Part shown: positions 1 through 10,235 of the stretch, one piece after another
How the letters are laid out: each line of letters starts with the position of its first letter
How positions within the stretch are numbered: the stretch's first letter is position 1
From: a virus
Length of the DNA: 64,000 nucleotides
Direction: 5' to 3' (one strand)
IMG/VR virus record: IMGVR_UViG_3300022562_002256
Coordinates: 96,001 to 160,000 of that record
Translations under genes and position numbers: made by a program
Notes under the pieces: generated by a model
The model's input: only the letters and a program-made list of their open reading frames with translations
Told to the model about the DNA's origin: nothing
Databases searched by the model: none

Positions 1-246
1 TTGACGGCACTGCCCGAGCGAGAACGCGACATCGTGCGGCTGCGTTTCTTGGGGACCGGCACCGAGTCGGACCTGACGCTCGAAAAGATAGGTCAAAAGT
101 ACGGCTTGAGTCGCGAACGGATTCGGCAGGTGCTCGACGTGGCATTGGCGCGACTTGCAACACTACTCACCCGTCTCGACCGGGGGGAAAAGTTGCCGCC
201 CCCGCCGGCGCCAGACCGTCGCAGGCGGTATCATCGGCGTCGATGA
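1..246 (+). CDS. RNA polymerase sigma-70 family factor, C-terminal region 4 (5'-truncated)
   Basis: LPERERDIVRLRF...LTLEKIGQKYGLSRERIRQV matches the sigma-70 region 4 HTH pattern. Confidence 0.8.
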   Translation: MTALPERERDIVRLRFLGTGTESDLTLEKIGQKYGLSRERIRQVLDVALARLATLLTRLDRGEKLPPPPAPDRRRRYHRRR

Positions 247-256
247 GGACCGGGGC

Positions 257-904
257 ATGAGCGAGGCAGTCGTCGGTTCGGCGGGGAACGGTTGGCGGAT
301 GGCTCAGCCCGCTCGCGTGGTGCTCGCCTATGCGCCGGCCGACTCGCGTGCGACGGTGACAGCGTTGCGGCGCTGGGGGCGCACCGTGATATTCGGTGCG
401 GCAGAAGAGCCGCGTGGCAGCGCCGACCGGGCCAATCGCATCCACCGAGCTCTTGCGGGGCTGGACGTTACCCTTCTGGGGGTGGGTTATGCCGGGTGTT
501 GTGCCGTGGCGCGATACCTTACACACGGCGCTGAAGGGGTTTCGACGGTGGTGTTGGTCGACCCCGCGGTCCCGTGTCAAGCGCTGGGGCGGCTCGACCC
601 CATTCGCGCGGTGGCGTCGGCTGCCACCGAAGTGCGGCTGGTGGGCGGGGCGTGCGCCGCCCCCGTTGTGCGACTGATCCTCATGTGCGCTGAGACGTCG
701 CGCGCCTGTGAAGGAAGCGGCCTGTGTTCGTGCGGCGAGGGCCCGGTCCGGTCATCGGCGGACGTAGCGTGGGAACTCAGCGGGCGACGGCCGCGACGCG
801 CCGGCCTTTACTTTGAGGGGGGCCTATCGATCGGCTCGTTTGCGACCAAGCAAGAGTTGGACGAGCGAGGACTTCCGATGGCAATCGACGCGGCCATCGG
901 CTAA
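257..904 (+). CDS. hypothetical protein (weak alpha/beta-hydrolase-like pattern)
   Basis: In operon order between neighbours; VTLLGVGYAG...VVLVDP pattern but no nucleophile Ser. Confidence 0.4.
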   Translation: MSEAVVGSAGNGWRMAQPARVVLAYAPADSRATVTALRRWGRTVIFGAAEEPRGSADRANRIHRALAGLDVTLLGVGYAGCCAVARYLTHGAEGVSTVVLVDPAVPCQALGRLDPIRAVASAATEVRLVGGACAAPVVRLILMCAETSRACEGSGLCSCGEGPVRSSADVAWELSGRRPRRAGLYFEGGLSIGSFATKQELDERGLPMAIDAAIG

Positions 905-915
905 GGGCGAGGGTC

Positions 916-1305
916 ATGACGGGGTGCAAGCCAACCGAACTCAGCGATCTTGCCGGGGCGCTTCGCGCGCGTCGCTACGTCGCAGCGGACGAAGCCGCAC
1001 TGCAAGAGGCTGTGCCCGCGGCGCTTCGGGCTGCGGGCTACCACGTGGAAGAGCAAGTGCCCCTGGACCGCCGCAACAGGATCGACGCGGTGGTGACCCT
1101 GGCGGGTGGGGCACGTGTCGGGATCGAATTGAAGACACGGGGAGGGCGCACGGCGCTCATTTTGCAATTGCGTCGGTACGCTGGGACGGGCAAGGTCGAC
1201 ACGCTGGTTGTCGCGACAACCAGCGTGCGGTTGTGCTTTGCGCTGCCAGCCTCGTTGATGGGAGTGCCTATTGCGGTGGTGCGGCTGCCGGGGGGTGTCA
1301 TCTGA
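916..1305 (+). CDS. PD-(D/E)XK nuclease-fold protein
   Basis: EEQV...RIDAVV...GIELK motif; sits directly before an SNF2 helicase. Confidence 0.6.
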   Translation: MTGCKPTELSDLAGALRARRYVAADEAALQEAVPAALRAAGYHVEEQVPLDRRNRIDAVVTLAGGARVGIELKTRGGRTALILQLRRYAGTGKVDTLVVATTSVRLCFALPASLMGVPIAVVRLPGGVI

Positions 1306-3017
1306 CACCCGGGGCAGTAGGGACGGCGGTGCTCGTGCGGGGCACGTGGGAGATCACATGCGAGCCCCATGCGATGATCCGACTGAAGGCCATCTTCCCA
1401 GCCATCAACAAGACCCAGATGGGAAGGGTGTACCTCAGCGACACGCCGAGTAACGCCAGGGACCTTCTATGGTTTGCGGAGCGCTACCCGCTGGACATCC
1501 GGCCCAAGGCCGTGGCGACCATGCGTGCGCTCGAGCAACACGCGCGTGAGGCCACGGTCGCCCAGGTACTCGATGCTGGATACGTGCCGCCGTCTGTCGA
1601 CCTCGCGCTGCCACCACGGCCCTACCAACTCGTGCCAGCGCCGCTGATGCGAAGTTCCGGTGGGCTGCTGCTCGCGGACGAGGCGGGGCTGGGAAAGACA
1701 GTAAGTACAATTGTAGGATTTGTTTCGGGGGACGCGCTCCCCGCGGTGGTGGTGACCCAGGCGCACTTGCCTGGGCAGTGGTGTCGCGAGATGGCGCGGT
1801 TTGCGCCTGGACTCAGGACGCACATCGCGACCAAGGGAACGCCCTACGACGTGCGAGGCAAGGACGGGAAGCTGCCGGACGTGTTGGTGCTCAACTACCA
1901 CAAGCTCGCCGGGTGGGCTGAGGAGCTGGCGGCGAAGAAGCGCTGCCGGATGCTCGCATACGACGAGTGCCAAGAGCTGCGACATTTCGACACGGCCAGG
2001 TACGTGGGGGGCATGCATTTACGGGCGTCGGCTGCGTATGGCCATGGAAATTCGATGACCCCCATCTACAACTACGGCGGAGAAATATGGTCCGTGATGA
2101 ACGCGATCCTGCCGGGGGTGCTTGGAAGCCGTGAGGAGTTCGCGCGCGAGTGGTGCGAGTCGACGGGTGAGGACCGGAAGCTCCGGGTGGTGGACCCCGC
2201 CGCGCTGGGGACCTACTTGCGCCGGGCTGGGCTCATGCTGCGCCGCACGCGCGAGGAGGTCGGGAGGCAGCTACCGGAGAAGACCACCGTGGTGCATACG
2301 GTGGACATCGACGACGACCGGGTGCGCGAGGTCGACGACCAGGTGGCGGAGTTGGCGAAGGCGATCCTCGCCACCGGGGGTGATGGGTTCAGCAAGATGA
2401 AGGCCGGCGGCGTTCTCGACATGTTGCTGAGGCAAGCCACGGGCATAGGCAAGGCGCCGTACGTCGCCCACTTCGTTCGCATGCTCATCGAAGCTGGGGA
2501 GCATGTTGTGCTCTACGGCTGGCACCGGGCGGTTTACGAGATTTGGGCGGAGATGCTCAAGGACTTCAACCCAGCGTTTTACACGGGCAGCGAGACGTCG
2601 CGGCAGAAGGATGAGGCGCGCCGTCGATTTGTGGAGCGCGGCGCGCCGGACCACACGCCGCTCATCATCCTGTCGCTCCGCTCTGGGTCTGGGCTCGACG
2701 GGCTGCAGGGGGCGTCGAGCGTGGTGGTGTTCGGCGAACTCGACTGGGCGCCGGGGGTGCATCTCCAGGCGGAGGACCGAGTGCATCGGGATGGCCAAAC
2801 GAAGCCGGTGGTGGTGTATTACCTCGTCGCCGAGTCTGGGTCGGATCCGGTGGTGGCGGACGTGCTCAACCTGAAGGCTGCGCAGAGCGAGGGGTTGCGC
2901 AACCCGGACGCTGGACCGAGCGGCGCGAACGTGCTCGGGAGCATCGACCACGACCGGGTGAAGCGGCTCGCGCGCGAGGCTTTAGCGCGGCGGGCCAAGA
3001 AGGGCGGCCCGAAGTGA
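1302..3017 (+). CDS. SNF2-family helicase/ATPase (start uncertain, 1302-1374)
   Basis: LLLADEAGLGKT (motif I), YDECQEL (II), ELDWAPGVHLQAEDRVHRDGQ (V/VI). Confidence 0.85.
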   Translation: MTPGAVGTAVLVRGTWEITCEPHAMIRLKAIFPAINKTQMGRVYLSDTPSNARDLLWFAERYPLDIRPKAVATMRALEQHAREATVAQVLDAGYVPPSVDLALPPRPYQLVPAPLMRSSGGLLLADEAGLGKTVSTIVGFVSGDALPAVVVTQAHLPGQWCREMARFAPGLRTHIATKGTPYDVRGKDGKLPDVLVLNYHKLAGWAEELAAKKRCRMLAYDECQELRHFDTARYVGGMHLRASAAYGHGNSMTPIYNYGGEIWSVMNAILPGVLGSREEFAREWCESTGEDRKLRVVDPAALGTYLRRAGLMLRRTREEVGRQLPEKTTVVHTVDIDDDRVREVDDQVAELAKAILATGGDGFSKMKAGGVLDMLLRQATGIGKAPYVAHFVRMLIEAGEHVVLYGWHRAVYEIWAEMLKDFNPAFYTGSETSRQKDEARRRFVERGAPDHTPLIILSLRSGSGLDGLQGASSVVVFGELDWAPGVHLQAEDRVHRDGQTKPVVVYYLVAESGSDPVVADVLNLKAAQSEGLRNPDAGPSGANVLGSIDHDRVKRLAREALARRAKKGGPK

Positions 3018-5104
3018 CCGGCGCGACCCAAAACGCCATAGACGGGCTCCTGGGGGGCGCTGCGGGCGACTGGGCGATGGTGTGCGGCGACAACCTGGCG
3101 GCGCTACGCGAACTGCCGGATGATCTGTTCGACGGGGCGCTGCTTGACCCACCGTACGGGTTGGGCAACCGCGCGCCGACGCCGGACGATATCCTCGCCT
3201 TTCTCGGAGGCGACCAACTCGACCATGGAGGTGACTTCATGGGTGTGAATTGGAGTATCCCCGCGGTCGAGTTCTGGCGCGAGTTGTGCCGGGTGATGAA
3301 GCCCGGGGCGGCGATCGGCGTGTACGCAGGCACGCAGGCCGACGACTTGCTGAGCATCGGGGCGCGGCTTGGAGGGTTCGTACGCGAGGACGCGATCGAT
3401 GTGTTCGGGACGGCCCGGTTCGCGTGGCTGCAGGGGCAAGGTATGCCGCACGGGCTCAACGTGAGCCGCGCGATCGATGAAGCCGCTGGCGTGGAGCGCG
3501 AGGTCGTGGGCACGGTGTCAAAGGCCGATTCGTACACCAACGCCACAGGAATATTTGGAGGGGGTCCAGATCATGGTGGAGCCATGCGCATCACCGTGTC
3601 GACCACACCGCACGCCGCACGGTGGTCGGGCTACCACACCCAACTCGCCCCAAAACACGAGGTGGTGCTCATCTTCCGCAAGCCGGCGCGCGCGGTGACG
3701 TCCGACGAGCTCTACGCGGCGACGGGGTGGGATTACTGGCACGTGGTGACCGATGTCCGCACGCCGGAGACGCGGGCGCGCATGGTCGAGCGGTACGGCG
3801 CCGTCGTCATCCCCGACCGAGGCGAGACGCAGAGCAGGCGTCTCCGCCCCCTCCACGCCGGGGTGCGCGAAGCACATGAGCTGCGCTGGCGGCCGGAGCA
3901 CGTGGTGAAGCGGTTCATCCCGCGGCGCGTGGTGGACTGCATGGGGTGCGGAGAGAGCCCGCTCGATGACGGTGCGCCGCTGGCGTGCCCCAAGTGCGCG
4001 GGCATGTTCCTGACCGAGCGGGTGCGGGTGGTGGTCGACGAGACGAAGTGGCCAGGTGCGTGGCGAGTTCTGGCGCGCATCGAGTTGGGGGAGCCTTACC
4101 GCGCATGGTCGACTGACTCGACGGCAGCGACGGTGTTGGTGCGCGGCGTGGGGGCGATGAATATCGATGCGACGCGGGTGTACACTGACTGGAACGAGCT
4201 CGACCGCGGGGCTGCTTGGAAGCGCGGGGGGCATACAGCGAAACCGGAGGCGCGGAAGATCGGGGGGGCGCCCCCCGGCAACGGCATGAGCCTGCACAGC
4301 GCGGGGCGCTTCACGCCCAACGTGGTGGCCATTCACGACCCAGCCTGCGTGTGCCGGGGTCATCGCGACGTTCAGGCCGGACGTCCACGAGGCGAGTCGA
4401 AGGCGCCGTCAACCAAGGCGGCCTACGGCGCATACAAGAAGCGCTCGACGGTAGGAACCATGAGCCGCGAGGAATTCGAGGCATGCGGGGGCGCCGAGAC
4501 CGTCGCGTACGACTGTGCGTGCTTGTGCCTCGCGTGCGGGCCGGACGTGGCGCCTGCGGGTGGCCAGGCGGCGCCATGCCCTACGTGCGGCGCGAGCCGG
4601 CTGTGGTTGTGCGCGGTGGCAGCGCTCGACGCGCAGAGCGGAGTGAGGACGAGCGGCGAGTTAAAGAAAAGCTACAGTCGCAAGAAGGCCCACTGTTATG
4701 GTGAATTCGGCGCAACGCAGTGGCGCGGGGAGGCCAACTCCGGTGGCGCCTCGCGCTTCGTGACGGTGCTCGAGCCGGATTTCCACTACGCCGCCAAGGT
4801 CGCGCCATCAGAGCGCAACGCTGGCATGCCAGCGGGCATAGACAACCCCGGGCTGTGCCTCAAGCCACTCTCTTTCGGGGTCCACCTCGCGACGCTGCTA
4901 TGCCCCCCTGGCGGGCTCACGCTGACGACCAACGCGGGCACCGGCTCCGAGGTCGCGGCCATGGTCATCGCCGGCTGCCGGGTGCTGGGCATCGAGCGCG
5001 ACGCGGCGCAGGTCGAGATCGCGCATCGGCACATCCCAGGGCTGATCCGCATGCACGCGCGCGAACGGGGCGACCCGGGGCAGACAACCTTGCCACACGA
5101 GTAG
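3014..5104 (+). CDS. DNA N4/N6 methyltransferase, beta class, with large insertions
   Basis: LDPPYGLG catalytic motif near the N-terminus; GAMNIDATRV, FHYAAK...ERNAG, KPL...PPGG and NAGTGS...GIERD typical of phage MTases. Confidence 0.8.
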   Translation: MTGATQNAIDGLLGGAAGDWAMVCGDNLAALRELPDDLFDGALLDPPYGLGNRAPTPDDILAFLGGDQLDHGGDFMGVNWSIPAVEFWRELCRVMKPGAAIGVYAGTQADDLLSIGARLGGFVREDAIDVFGTARFAWLQGQGMPHGLNVSRAIDEAAGVEREVVGTVSKADSYTNATGIFGGGPDHGGAMRITVSTTPHAARWSGYHTQLAPKHEVVLIFRKPARAVTSDELYAATGWDYWHVVTDVRTPETRARMVERYGAVVIPDRGETQSRRLRPLHAGVREAHELRWRPEHVVKRFIPRRVVDCMGCGESPLDDGAPLACPKCAGMFLTERVRVVVDETKWPGAWRVLARIELGEPYRAWSTDSTAATVLVRGVGAMNIDATRVYTDWNELDRGAAWKRGGHTAKPEARKIGGAPPGNGMSLHSAGRFTPNVVAIHDPACVCRGHRDVQAGRPRGESKAPSTKAAYGAYKKRSTVGTMSREEFEACGGAETVAYDCACLCLACGPDVAPAGGQAAPCPTCGASRLWLCAVAALDAQSGVRTSGELKKSYSRKKAHCYGEFGATQWRGEANSGGASRFVTVLEPDFHYAAKVAPSERNAGMPAGIDNPGLCLKPLSFGVHLATLLCPPGGLTLTTNAGTGSEVAAMVIAGCRVLGIERDAAQVEIAHRHIPGLIRMHARERGDPGQTTLPHE

Positions 5105-5165
5105 TCACACGATCGGCACGTTCACCGGAGATGACCGTCGGTTGACGGACGCCGAGGGGCGACAC

Positions 5166-5954
5166 ATGGTAACCGCAAAGGAGCACCGCATGAAGGTACG
5201 CGTCATAAGCAAGCACCCACAATTCAACGGCCGCGAGTTGCGGCAACATACCATCAACGGTGACCTAACGGTGGGGGTGTGGGGCGACGAGCCCTACGCT
5301 ATTCACCTTATCAACGACAGCGGCGCCATCGAGGAGGCACGGGTCGCCATCGACGGGACCGACATCATGACGGGGCAGCCCGCGACGCGCGAGCCTGTGG
5401 GGCCACGATGGGTGCTCCGTCCCTACCAGTCCATGGCCTTGGAAGCGTGGCCGGAAACACACTACGACGGGGCTCGGTTCGTGTTCAAACACGCTGGCGG
5501 GTCGGTCGCATCGCACGTCCGGGGGGACACCTCGGACCTTGGCACTATCGCCGTGGCGGTGTTCACCGAGGGGCACGTGCCTCCTATGCACTACCGCCGC
5601 ACCGCGCCGTGGGGTTGTATGGGTGGCCACACCACTAGGGGCGGCGACCATTACACAAGTGACGCGGAAGCGTACGTGCGCGGTCCCGGCACGGGGGCGG
5701 GTGAGCGCGTGACCCAGCACATCACGACGGCGACGGGGCTCACGTCGCCTCGGTACAGCTACGACGTGCGCGTGCGGTACGTGTGGTGGGACGACCTGGA
5801 AAGGATGCTACGTGCACGGGATCTCCCGAGGGCCGGGGCGGCAGGTGATGGGTTTCCCGGTGAGCGGGGGTTTGGCATTGACCTCAGCACGACGCCCCGA
5901 CCGGATGCACGGCCCACTGCCGTCGCTATGCCAGTGTTCCAACGAGTCATCTGA
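5166..5954 (+). CDS. conserved hypothetical protein
   Basis: YAIHLIN...RVAIDGTDIMTG...WVLRP...FVF...GTIAVAVFTE pattern; coherent ORF. Confidence 0.6.
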   Translation: MVTAKEHRMKVRVISKHPQFNGRELRQHTINGDLTVGVWGDEPYAIHLINDSGAIEEARVAIDGTDIMTGQPATREPVGPRWVLRPYQSMALEAWPETHYDGARFVFKHAGGSVASHVRGDTSDLGTIAVAVFTEGHVPPMHYRRTAPWGCMGGHTTRGGDHYTSDAEAYVRGPGTGAGERVTQHITTATGLTSPRYSYDVRVRYVWWDDLERMLRARDLPRAGAAGDGFPGERGFGIDLSTTPRPDARPTAVAMPVFQRVI

Positions 5955-6088
5955 CCGTGGCGTCCGCCGCCTCTCCCATTGCGGATCGAGGCGTTGGTGG
6001 TCCAGCATCGAACGGACATCGACGCGCTTTTGTAGGGTGCCTTGCTGTGGCGACGCTTATAGGCACCCTACCACCACCAACCGTCTCG

Positions 6089-6116
6089 TTGACATGACCT
6101 GCTGAGTGATGATCTT
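6089..6116 (+). promoter_or_regulatory. putative sigma-70 promoter
   Basis: TTGACA-N16-GATCTT, followed by AGGAGG RBS and ATG 6139. Confidence 0.4.
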
Positions 6117-6138
6117 GCCGCGTAGGAGGTGTCATCCA

Positions 6139-6465
6139 ATGGCACAAGCGAAGACAAAGACAGGCTCAGGGGTGTCGGTGGCGAAGCGGGCGACATACAC
6201 GCAATGGGTGTGGCGCGGGCGGCTCGAGGAAATTGAGGAAGCCTTGGTGCGCAAGGCGAAGGCACGCGGTGTTGACTTCCGTGTGGAGGCCCTGGACGAA
6301 ATCGAGGCGGGACGCGATGAGGTGGGGTTCACCGAGGTGCTTGCCGGCATGGGCTACTCGTGCACGGACGTCGGCGCGGAAATCAACCTGGTGCGACAGC
6401 GGCTGGCCGACTCACTGCCCGCCTGGGAAAATCTCGCTTCGCCCCCGCGCGCGCTCGCGGCCTAA
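6139..6465 (+). CDS. hypothetical protein
   Basis: Strong AGGAGG RBS; 108 aa ORF. Confidence 0.6.
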   Translation: MAQAKTKTGSGVSVAKRATYTQWVWRGRLEEIEEALVRKAKARGVDFRVEALDEIEAGRDEVGFTEVLAGMGYSCTDVGAEINLVRQRLADSLPAWENLASPPRALAA

Positions 6466-6504
6466 CCGCCCTGACGGCGACGGAAGCCATCGAGAAAGGG
6501 CGCC

Positions 6505-6738
6505 ATGACCTACGCGGCTGAGTATCTCGTTTCGATCCACACGCCCGACTACAACGCGGTCTATCGGATGTGGTACGGGCGCGAGTGCGACCCGGACTTC
6601 GTCGAGGCGTTCGTCAAACTGACGCCGGGGGAGACGCTGCTCGGGACATGGCGGCGTCTCACCGGGATGTCAGTGCCGACTGGCATGGAGCGGTGGACTC
6701 CGCCTCCGCCGCTCAAGGCGTCGTCGGCCACTCAGTGA
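6505..6738 (+). CDS. hypothetical protein
   Basis: GAAAGG RBS; 77 aa ORF. Confidence 0.55.
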   Translation: MTYAAEYLVSIHTPDYNAVYRMWYGRECDPDFVEAFVKLTPGETLLGTWRRLTGMSVPTGMERWTPPPPLKASSATQ

Positions 6739-7463
6739 ACGACCACCACCCAAGGGTGGTCTAGGGCGTCGACGCTGTAGTCCTTCATCGCGTGGACGGC
6801 ACCGTCGGGGTCTTCCCAGGCGTCCCTGGGTGAGCTGGGCGCCCCCTTCCAATTCAACACGGCAGTGGTGTCCGCCGCTGTGGATGTATTCCGAAGGCAC
6901 ACCAGAAACCACCCGCTGGCCGGGATGGTTGTAGGTGGCAGCGGCGTCGCCAACTCTTGGACACCTGCAAGAAGCACGCCACCTTTCGGGACACCTGCGC
7001 CGAACTCAAGCGTGCGCTCGACGGCACCTGCGCCACACGCGACGTCGATGGGGTCGATAAGAGGCGACACCGTGCCCGCGGTGATGGTCCACGGGTCGGT
7101 GATGGTGAACGGGTCGACCGCGACAGCGAATCGCACCTCGGTGACGGTCTGGGAGGTGCACAACGGCCCGAACAGCACGCGAACGTACGACCCGTCCTCG
7201 ACTGGGCCGATAGGCGGAACAGCGACGAAGCCGACTCCATCTACGGCCTCCGTGGCGAGGTCGGCGAGATCGAACGGCACGTTGGCGAGCGAGTCGTCGC
7301 AAGCGCCGGAGCCACCCGCGCCGCCTACGGCGTCGCCGCCACCGCCACCTGTCCCACCGCCGCCCGCGCCGACGTCGGTGGCGTCACTCCCATCCATCAC
7401 CGCCGATGAACACCCCAACAACAACGCCCCAACCACGATCGTCCAGCCTGTTCTTCGCATCAT
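6732..7463 (-). CDS. secreted lipoprotein with Gly-rich linker (myxobacterial style)
   Basis: Signal peptide MRRTGWTIVVGALLLG-C followed by GAGGGGTGGGGG; AAGGAG RBS. Confidence 0.7.
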   Translation of the reverse strand: MMRRTGWTIVVGALLLGCSSAVMDGSDATDVGAGGGGTGGGGGDAVGGAGGSGACDDSLANVPFDLADLATEAVDGVGFVAVPPIGPVEDGSYVRVLFGPLCTSQTVTEVRFAVAVDPFTITDPWTITAGTVSPLIDPIDVACGAGAVERTLEFGAGVPKGGVLLAGVQELATPLPPTTIPASGWFLVCLRNTSTAADTTAVLNWKGAPSSPRDAWEDPDGAVHAMKDYSVDALDHPWVVVVH

Positions 7464-7588
7464 ATCTTTGCTCCTTGGGCGAGATGCCCGCGCGGTGTGT
7501 AGCCGCTCGTTCGGCGACGCGCCACGGTGGCAACACCGCTCTTGGATGGTTATGGTGCGGAGAGCCGATTGCTCTCCGGTGGAGGATC

Positions 7589-8785
7589 ATGGACGTAAGC
7601 GATGACACGGTGTACAAGGCGTATCTTACCGCATATCGCGGCAGCTACGTGCCGCCCCTGTCGGCGAAGCACTTGGCCGCGGCGGCAATTGCTGATAAGG
7701 ACAGGGAAGAAAAGCGGGAGCCGCGCACGGGGGCACAGGTGGTGGCGTGGGTGGCAGCGCTGTTCGACGTCGGAGGAGCGCCGACAAGTGGGCAGACGGA
7801 CGCAGCGACGGATGCATCGAACTTGGCGGGGTTGCTCACGGTCATCGATCCACCCGGCGAGCGGAAGACGCCAAACCCGCTGCTGGGCAAGAGGCACGCC
7901 TTCGCCGAGGCCGACGCCGCTCGACGAGCGAGGGATGGTCACTCCGTCCCCGAGGTTCGCCCCGGAGACATCCTGCGGTTGAAGCCCCACCTTGGTCGTG
8001 GGGAGGTGATGGTGGTGTGTGACACCATCGCTGGCAGGGCTGTTCGGTTGGCCACCGCCACCGGTGCGCCGCAGTTGGTGGGGATGATGACGACCGAAGT
8101 TGTCTATGGCGCATATGACATCGTGTGGGCGCTCGACACGCCGGTGTCGTTTCAGTTCGCTCACGGTTGGTGGTTGGCGACGACGAAGGGGTGCGCCGAC
8201 CCGGTGCGAGTTGCGTTGGACATCGAGGAAGCCGTGGCGGCGGCAGATGCTGCCAGGAAGGAGGGCGACTGCCGGTCGCTCCGCACTCTCCTCGATATCT
8301 CTGTGGCGCTTGTCGCGCTCGCGCTTCGGAACGACGCCGCTGCTGGTTCGACGGCGCCGGTGCCATCCACCCCAGCGGCACCGAACCCGCTCATGGTTCC
8401 GGCATCGCAGGCACTTTTGTCATGGCTCCCCCGCGACGTCGACGGTCCCGCTCATGGGGCGGTGGCGCGCTTGCTTGAGCTTCGGGGCACCCGTGAAGGC
8501 GTGCCTCCGACATCGGGGGCGATCGAGAACGGCATGGATGTCATCGCATGGCTGGCCGAGGCGGGCTTCGTCCCGAGTGATGTGTCGGCCGACGTGCTCG
8601 GGGGCGTGGCGCTGTGGTTCGTGCCGACTTCGGCACGTCGGGACGACACTAGGTATGTGTGGATTTCGTGCATGAATGACGGCTCGTCGGCAGTAGTGTA
8701 CGACGGGTCACGCGGGGTCGATGGGCGCCCGTTCACCAAGGGCGAGGTGGCCAAGATTAAGGAATTCCTTGAGGAGGAACCGTGA
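7589..8785 (+). CDS. hypothetical protein
   Basis: GGAGGA RBS before ATG 7589; stop overlaps next start. Confidence 0.6.
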   Translation: MDVSDDTVYKAYLTAYRGSYVPPLSAKHLAAAAIADKDREEKREPRTGAQVVAWVAALFDVGGAPTSGQTDAATDASNLAGLLTVIDPPGERKTPNPLLGKRHAFAEADAARRARDGHSVPEVRPGDILRLKPHLGRGEVMVVCDTIAGRAVRLATATGAPQLVGMMTTEVVYGAYDIVWALDTPVSFQFAHGWWLATTKGCADPVRVALDIEEAVAAADAARKEGDCRSLRTLLDISVALVALALRNDAAAGSTAPVPSTPAAPNPLMVPASQALLSWLPRDVDGPAHGAVARLLELRGTREGVPPTSGAIENGMDVIAWLAEAGFVPSDVSADVLGGVALWFVPTSARRDDTRYVWISCMNDGSSAVVYDGSRGVDGRPFTKGEVAKIKEFLEEEP

Positions 8786-9453
8786 GTCTTGTCGCTGAGA
8801 TTGTTGCTGTCAGCCGCGTCGCCGACGATGTTGCGGACGGGGAGCTTTTGGAGTTCTTGAAGGCGCACTCAGCCTGCACGCTTGATGAGGCATACGACCG
8901 CGCACCCCCGACCGTGCTAGTCCGGTGGGCTAGCTTGCGGGGCTTGAGCCGGCAGGACCATCTGCGCGTCGCCTTAGCGGTGGCGCGGCTCGTGGTGCCG
9001 CGGCTGTGGTATGCTCGCGATGTCGTGCGGGGGGCGCTCGACGCCGTAGAGGCAGGCGGGGGCGTTTGTGGACTGCGCGAGGTGATTGGCGCTGTCGAGC
9101 AGCACCAACAAATCCACCACCACTCGCCGAGGCGGGCTGGGGACAGTGGCCCCCATCCAATGAGCGAGCGCGGTGAGATGTATTGGACGGACTGTGCGGC
9201 GTGTAGTGCCGCACACGCGTGTCTCGACGCGGTCGTCGCGTCGGAGTCCCATGGCGACTGGCTGCGCATCTTCACAGCGAGTGCGGTAGACTGGGCGACA
9301 TGGGCGGCTGCAGCAACGGGGGGCTGCTGGGGAAGAGTTGACGAAGCGAGGCCGAGCGAGCCCCTCCCCGCCGATGCGATACGCAAGGTCTGCGAGGCGC
9401 TCATCCCCCGAGCCATGTTCCACCACCAACCGCAACCCACAGAGCAACGATGA
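8782..9453 (+). CDS. hypothetical helical protein
   Basis: GTGA/ATGA translational coupling on both sides. Confidence 0.55.
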   Translation: MSLVAEIVAVSRVADDVADGELLEFLKAHSACTLDEAYDRAPPTVLVRWASLRGLSRQDHLRVALAVARLVVPRLWYARDVVRGALDAVEAGGGVCGLREVIGAVEQHQQIHHHSPRRAGDSGPHPMSERGEMYWTDCAACSAAHACLDAVVASESHGDWLRIFTASAVDWATWAAAATGGCWGRVDEARPSEPLPADAIRKVCEALIPRAMFHHQPQPTEQR

Positions 9454-10049
9454 AGCGCCCACCCGATCCAGTTGACCCCTCCCCTGCCCCGGCGCCGGCG
9501 GTCAAGATAGCCACCCGCGATGCCCGTTACGACGCGGTGATGAAGTACCACAATCGCATCGCCGCAACTGGCGCGCCGGAGTTGACACCCGACGCGCTGA
9601 CGACGGCCATCGCCGAGGGGCGGGAGTTGCGAGCGGGGCTCGAACCCAGGCTGGCCGCGATGCAGCAGGACCCGCTCGCGGCACGGGTCGGAGCCGTGCG
9701 GTTCGGCGCTTCCGTGCCGCTCGACGACCCCGAGTTCTGGGAGGTGTGGAAAGCGGCTGGATGCGTAGGCGGCGCTGGCGTGTCACACCTGTGGGGCATA
9801 CCCAGCGAGAGGCTTGAGGTGGCTTTGCGGCGGTACTGGCGCGGTGAGGGCGACGCGATCACGTTGCTGGCCCCGCTGTTGTTCGAGGCATGGGGACCGA
9901 GGCGAGCGGTCATGTGTAGTGGTGATGCACTCCTTGAGTGCGGCGGCTACTGCGATGGGTGTCCGCGGTGCACCGGATCCTGGCCATCTTATAGTGAGGT
10001 GCCCAAACACAGGCCGTCCGTGCCTTCGGGCAAGACAGAGGAGACGTGA
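9450..10049 (+). CDS. hypothetical protein, Cys-rich C-terminus
   Basis: Coupled ORF; CGGYCDGCPRC. Confidence 0.55.
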   Translation: MKRPPDPVDPSPAPAPAVKIATRDARYDAVMKYHNRIAATGAPELTPDALTTAIAEGRELRAGLEPRLAAMQQDPLAARVGAVRFGASVPLDDPEFWEVWKAAGCVGGAGVSHLWGIPSERLEVALRRYWRGEGDAITLLAPLLFEAWGPRRAVMCSGDALLECGGYCDGCPRCTGSWPSYSEVPKHRPSVPSGKTEET

Positions 10050-10068
10050 CGGTGGCCCCCCACCGCTG

Positions 10069-10230
10069 TCACTTGTCGGGTCGTTTCCCGCGGTAGGGCA
10101 GTCGCTTGACCTGCCTGATTGCCTTTTTGATGCGGCGGCGGACCCGCCGCCGGTCGCCAGGGTGCTTGAGTTTTGACGCCTCGCGCAAGGCGTCGATGAG
10201 GGCCGCGTACACGGCGTTGACGGTCTTCAT
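10069..10230 (-). CDS. small basic protein (53 aa), near-leaderless
   Basis: ATG 13 nt after the GC of the sigma-54 promoter at 10243-10258. Confidence 0.55.
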   Translation of the reverse strand: MKTVNAVYAALIDALREASKLKHPGDRRRVRRRIKKAIRQVKRLPYRGKRPDK

Positions 10231-10235
10231 GCCCC

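Noticed and set aside
813-1301. Long N-terminal extension of the SNF2 ORF, and many long Arg/Pro-rich overlapping ORFs in the track (e.g. 17480-19033, 18559-20352, 28595-29887, 46958-48241, 60290-61504)
   Set aside because: Shadow frames of real genes in high-GC DNA; no motifs, RBS or coupling
3686-4116. Intein in the MTase insertion
   Set aside because: No N-terminal C/S with C-terminal HN-(C/S/T) splice junction and no LAGLIDADG motif
7559-7579. GG-N10-GC within the hairpin GGAGAGC-CGATT-GCTCTCC before ORF 7589
   Set aside because: The -24 element lacks CAC; left uncalled
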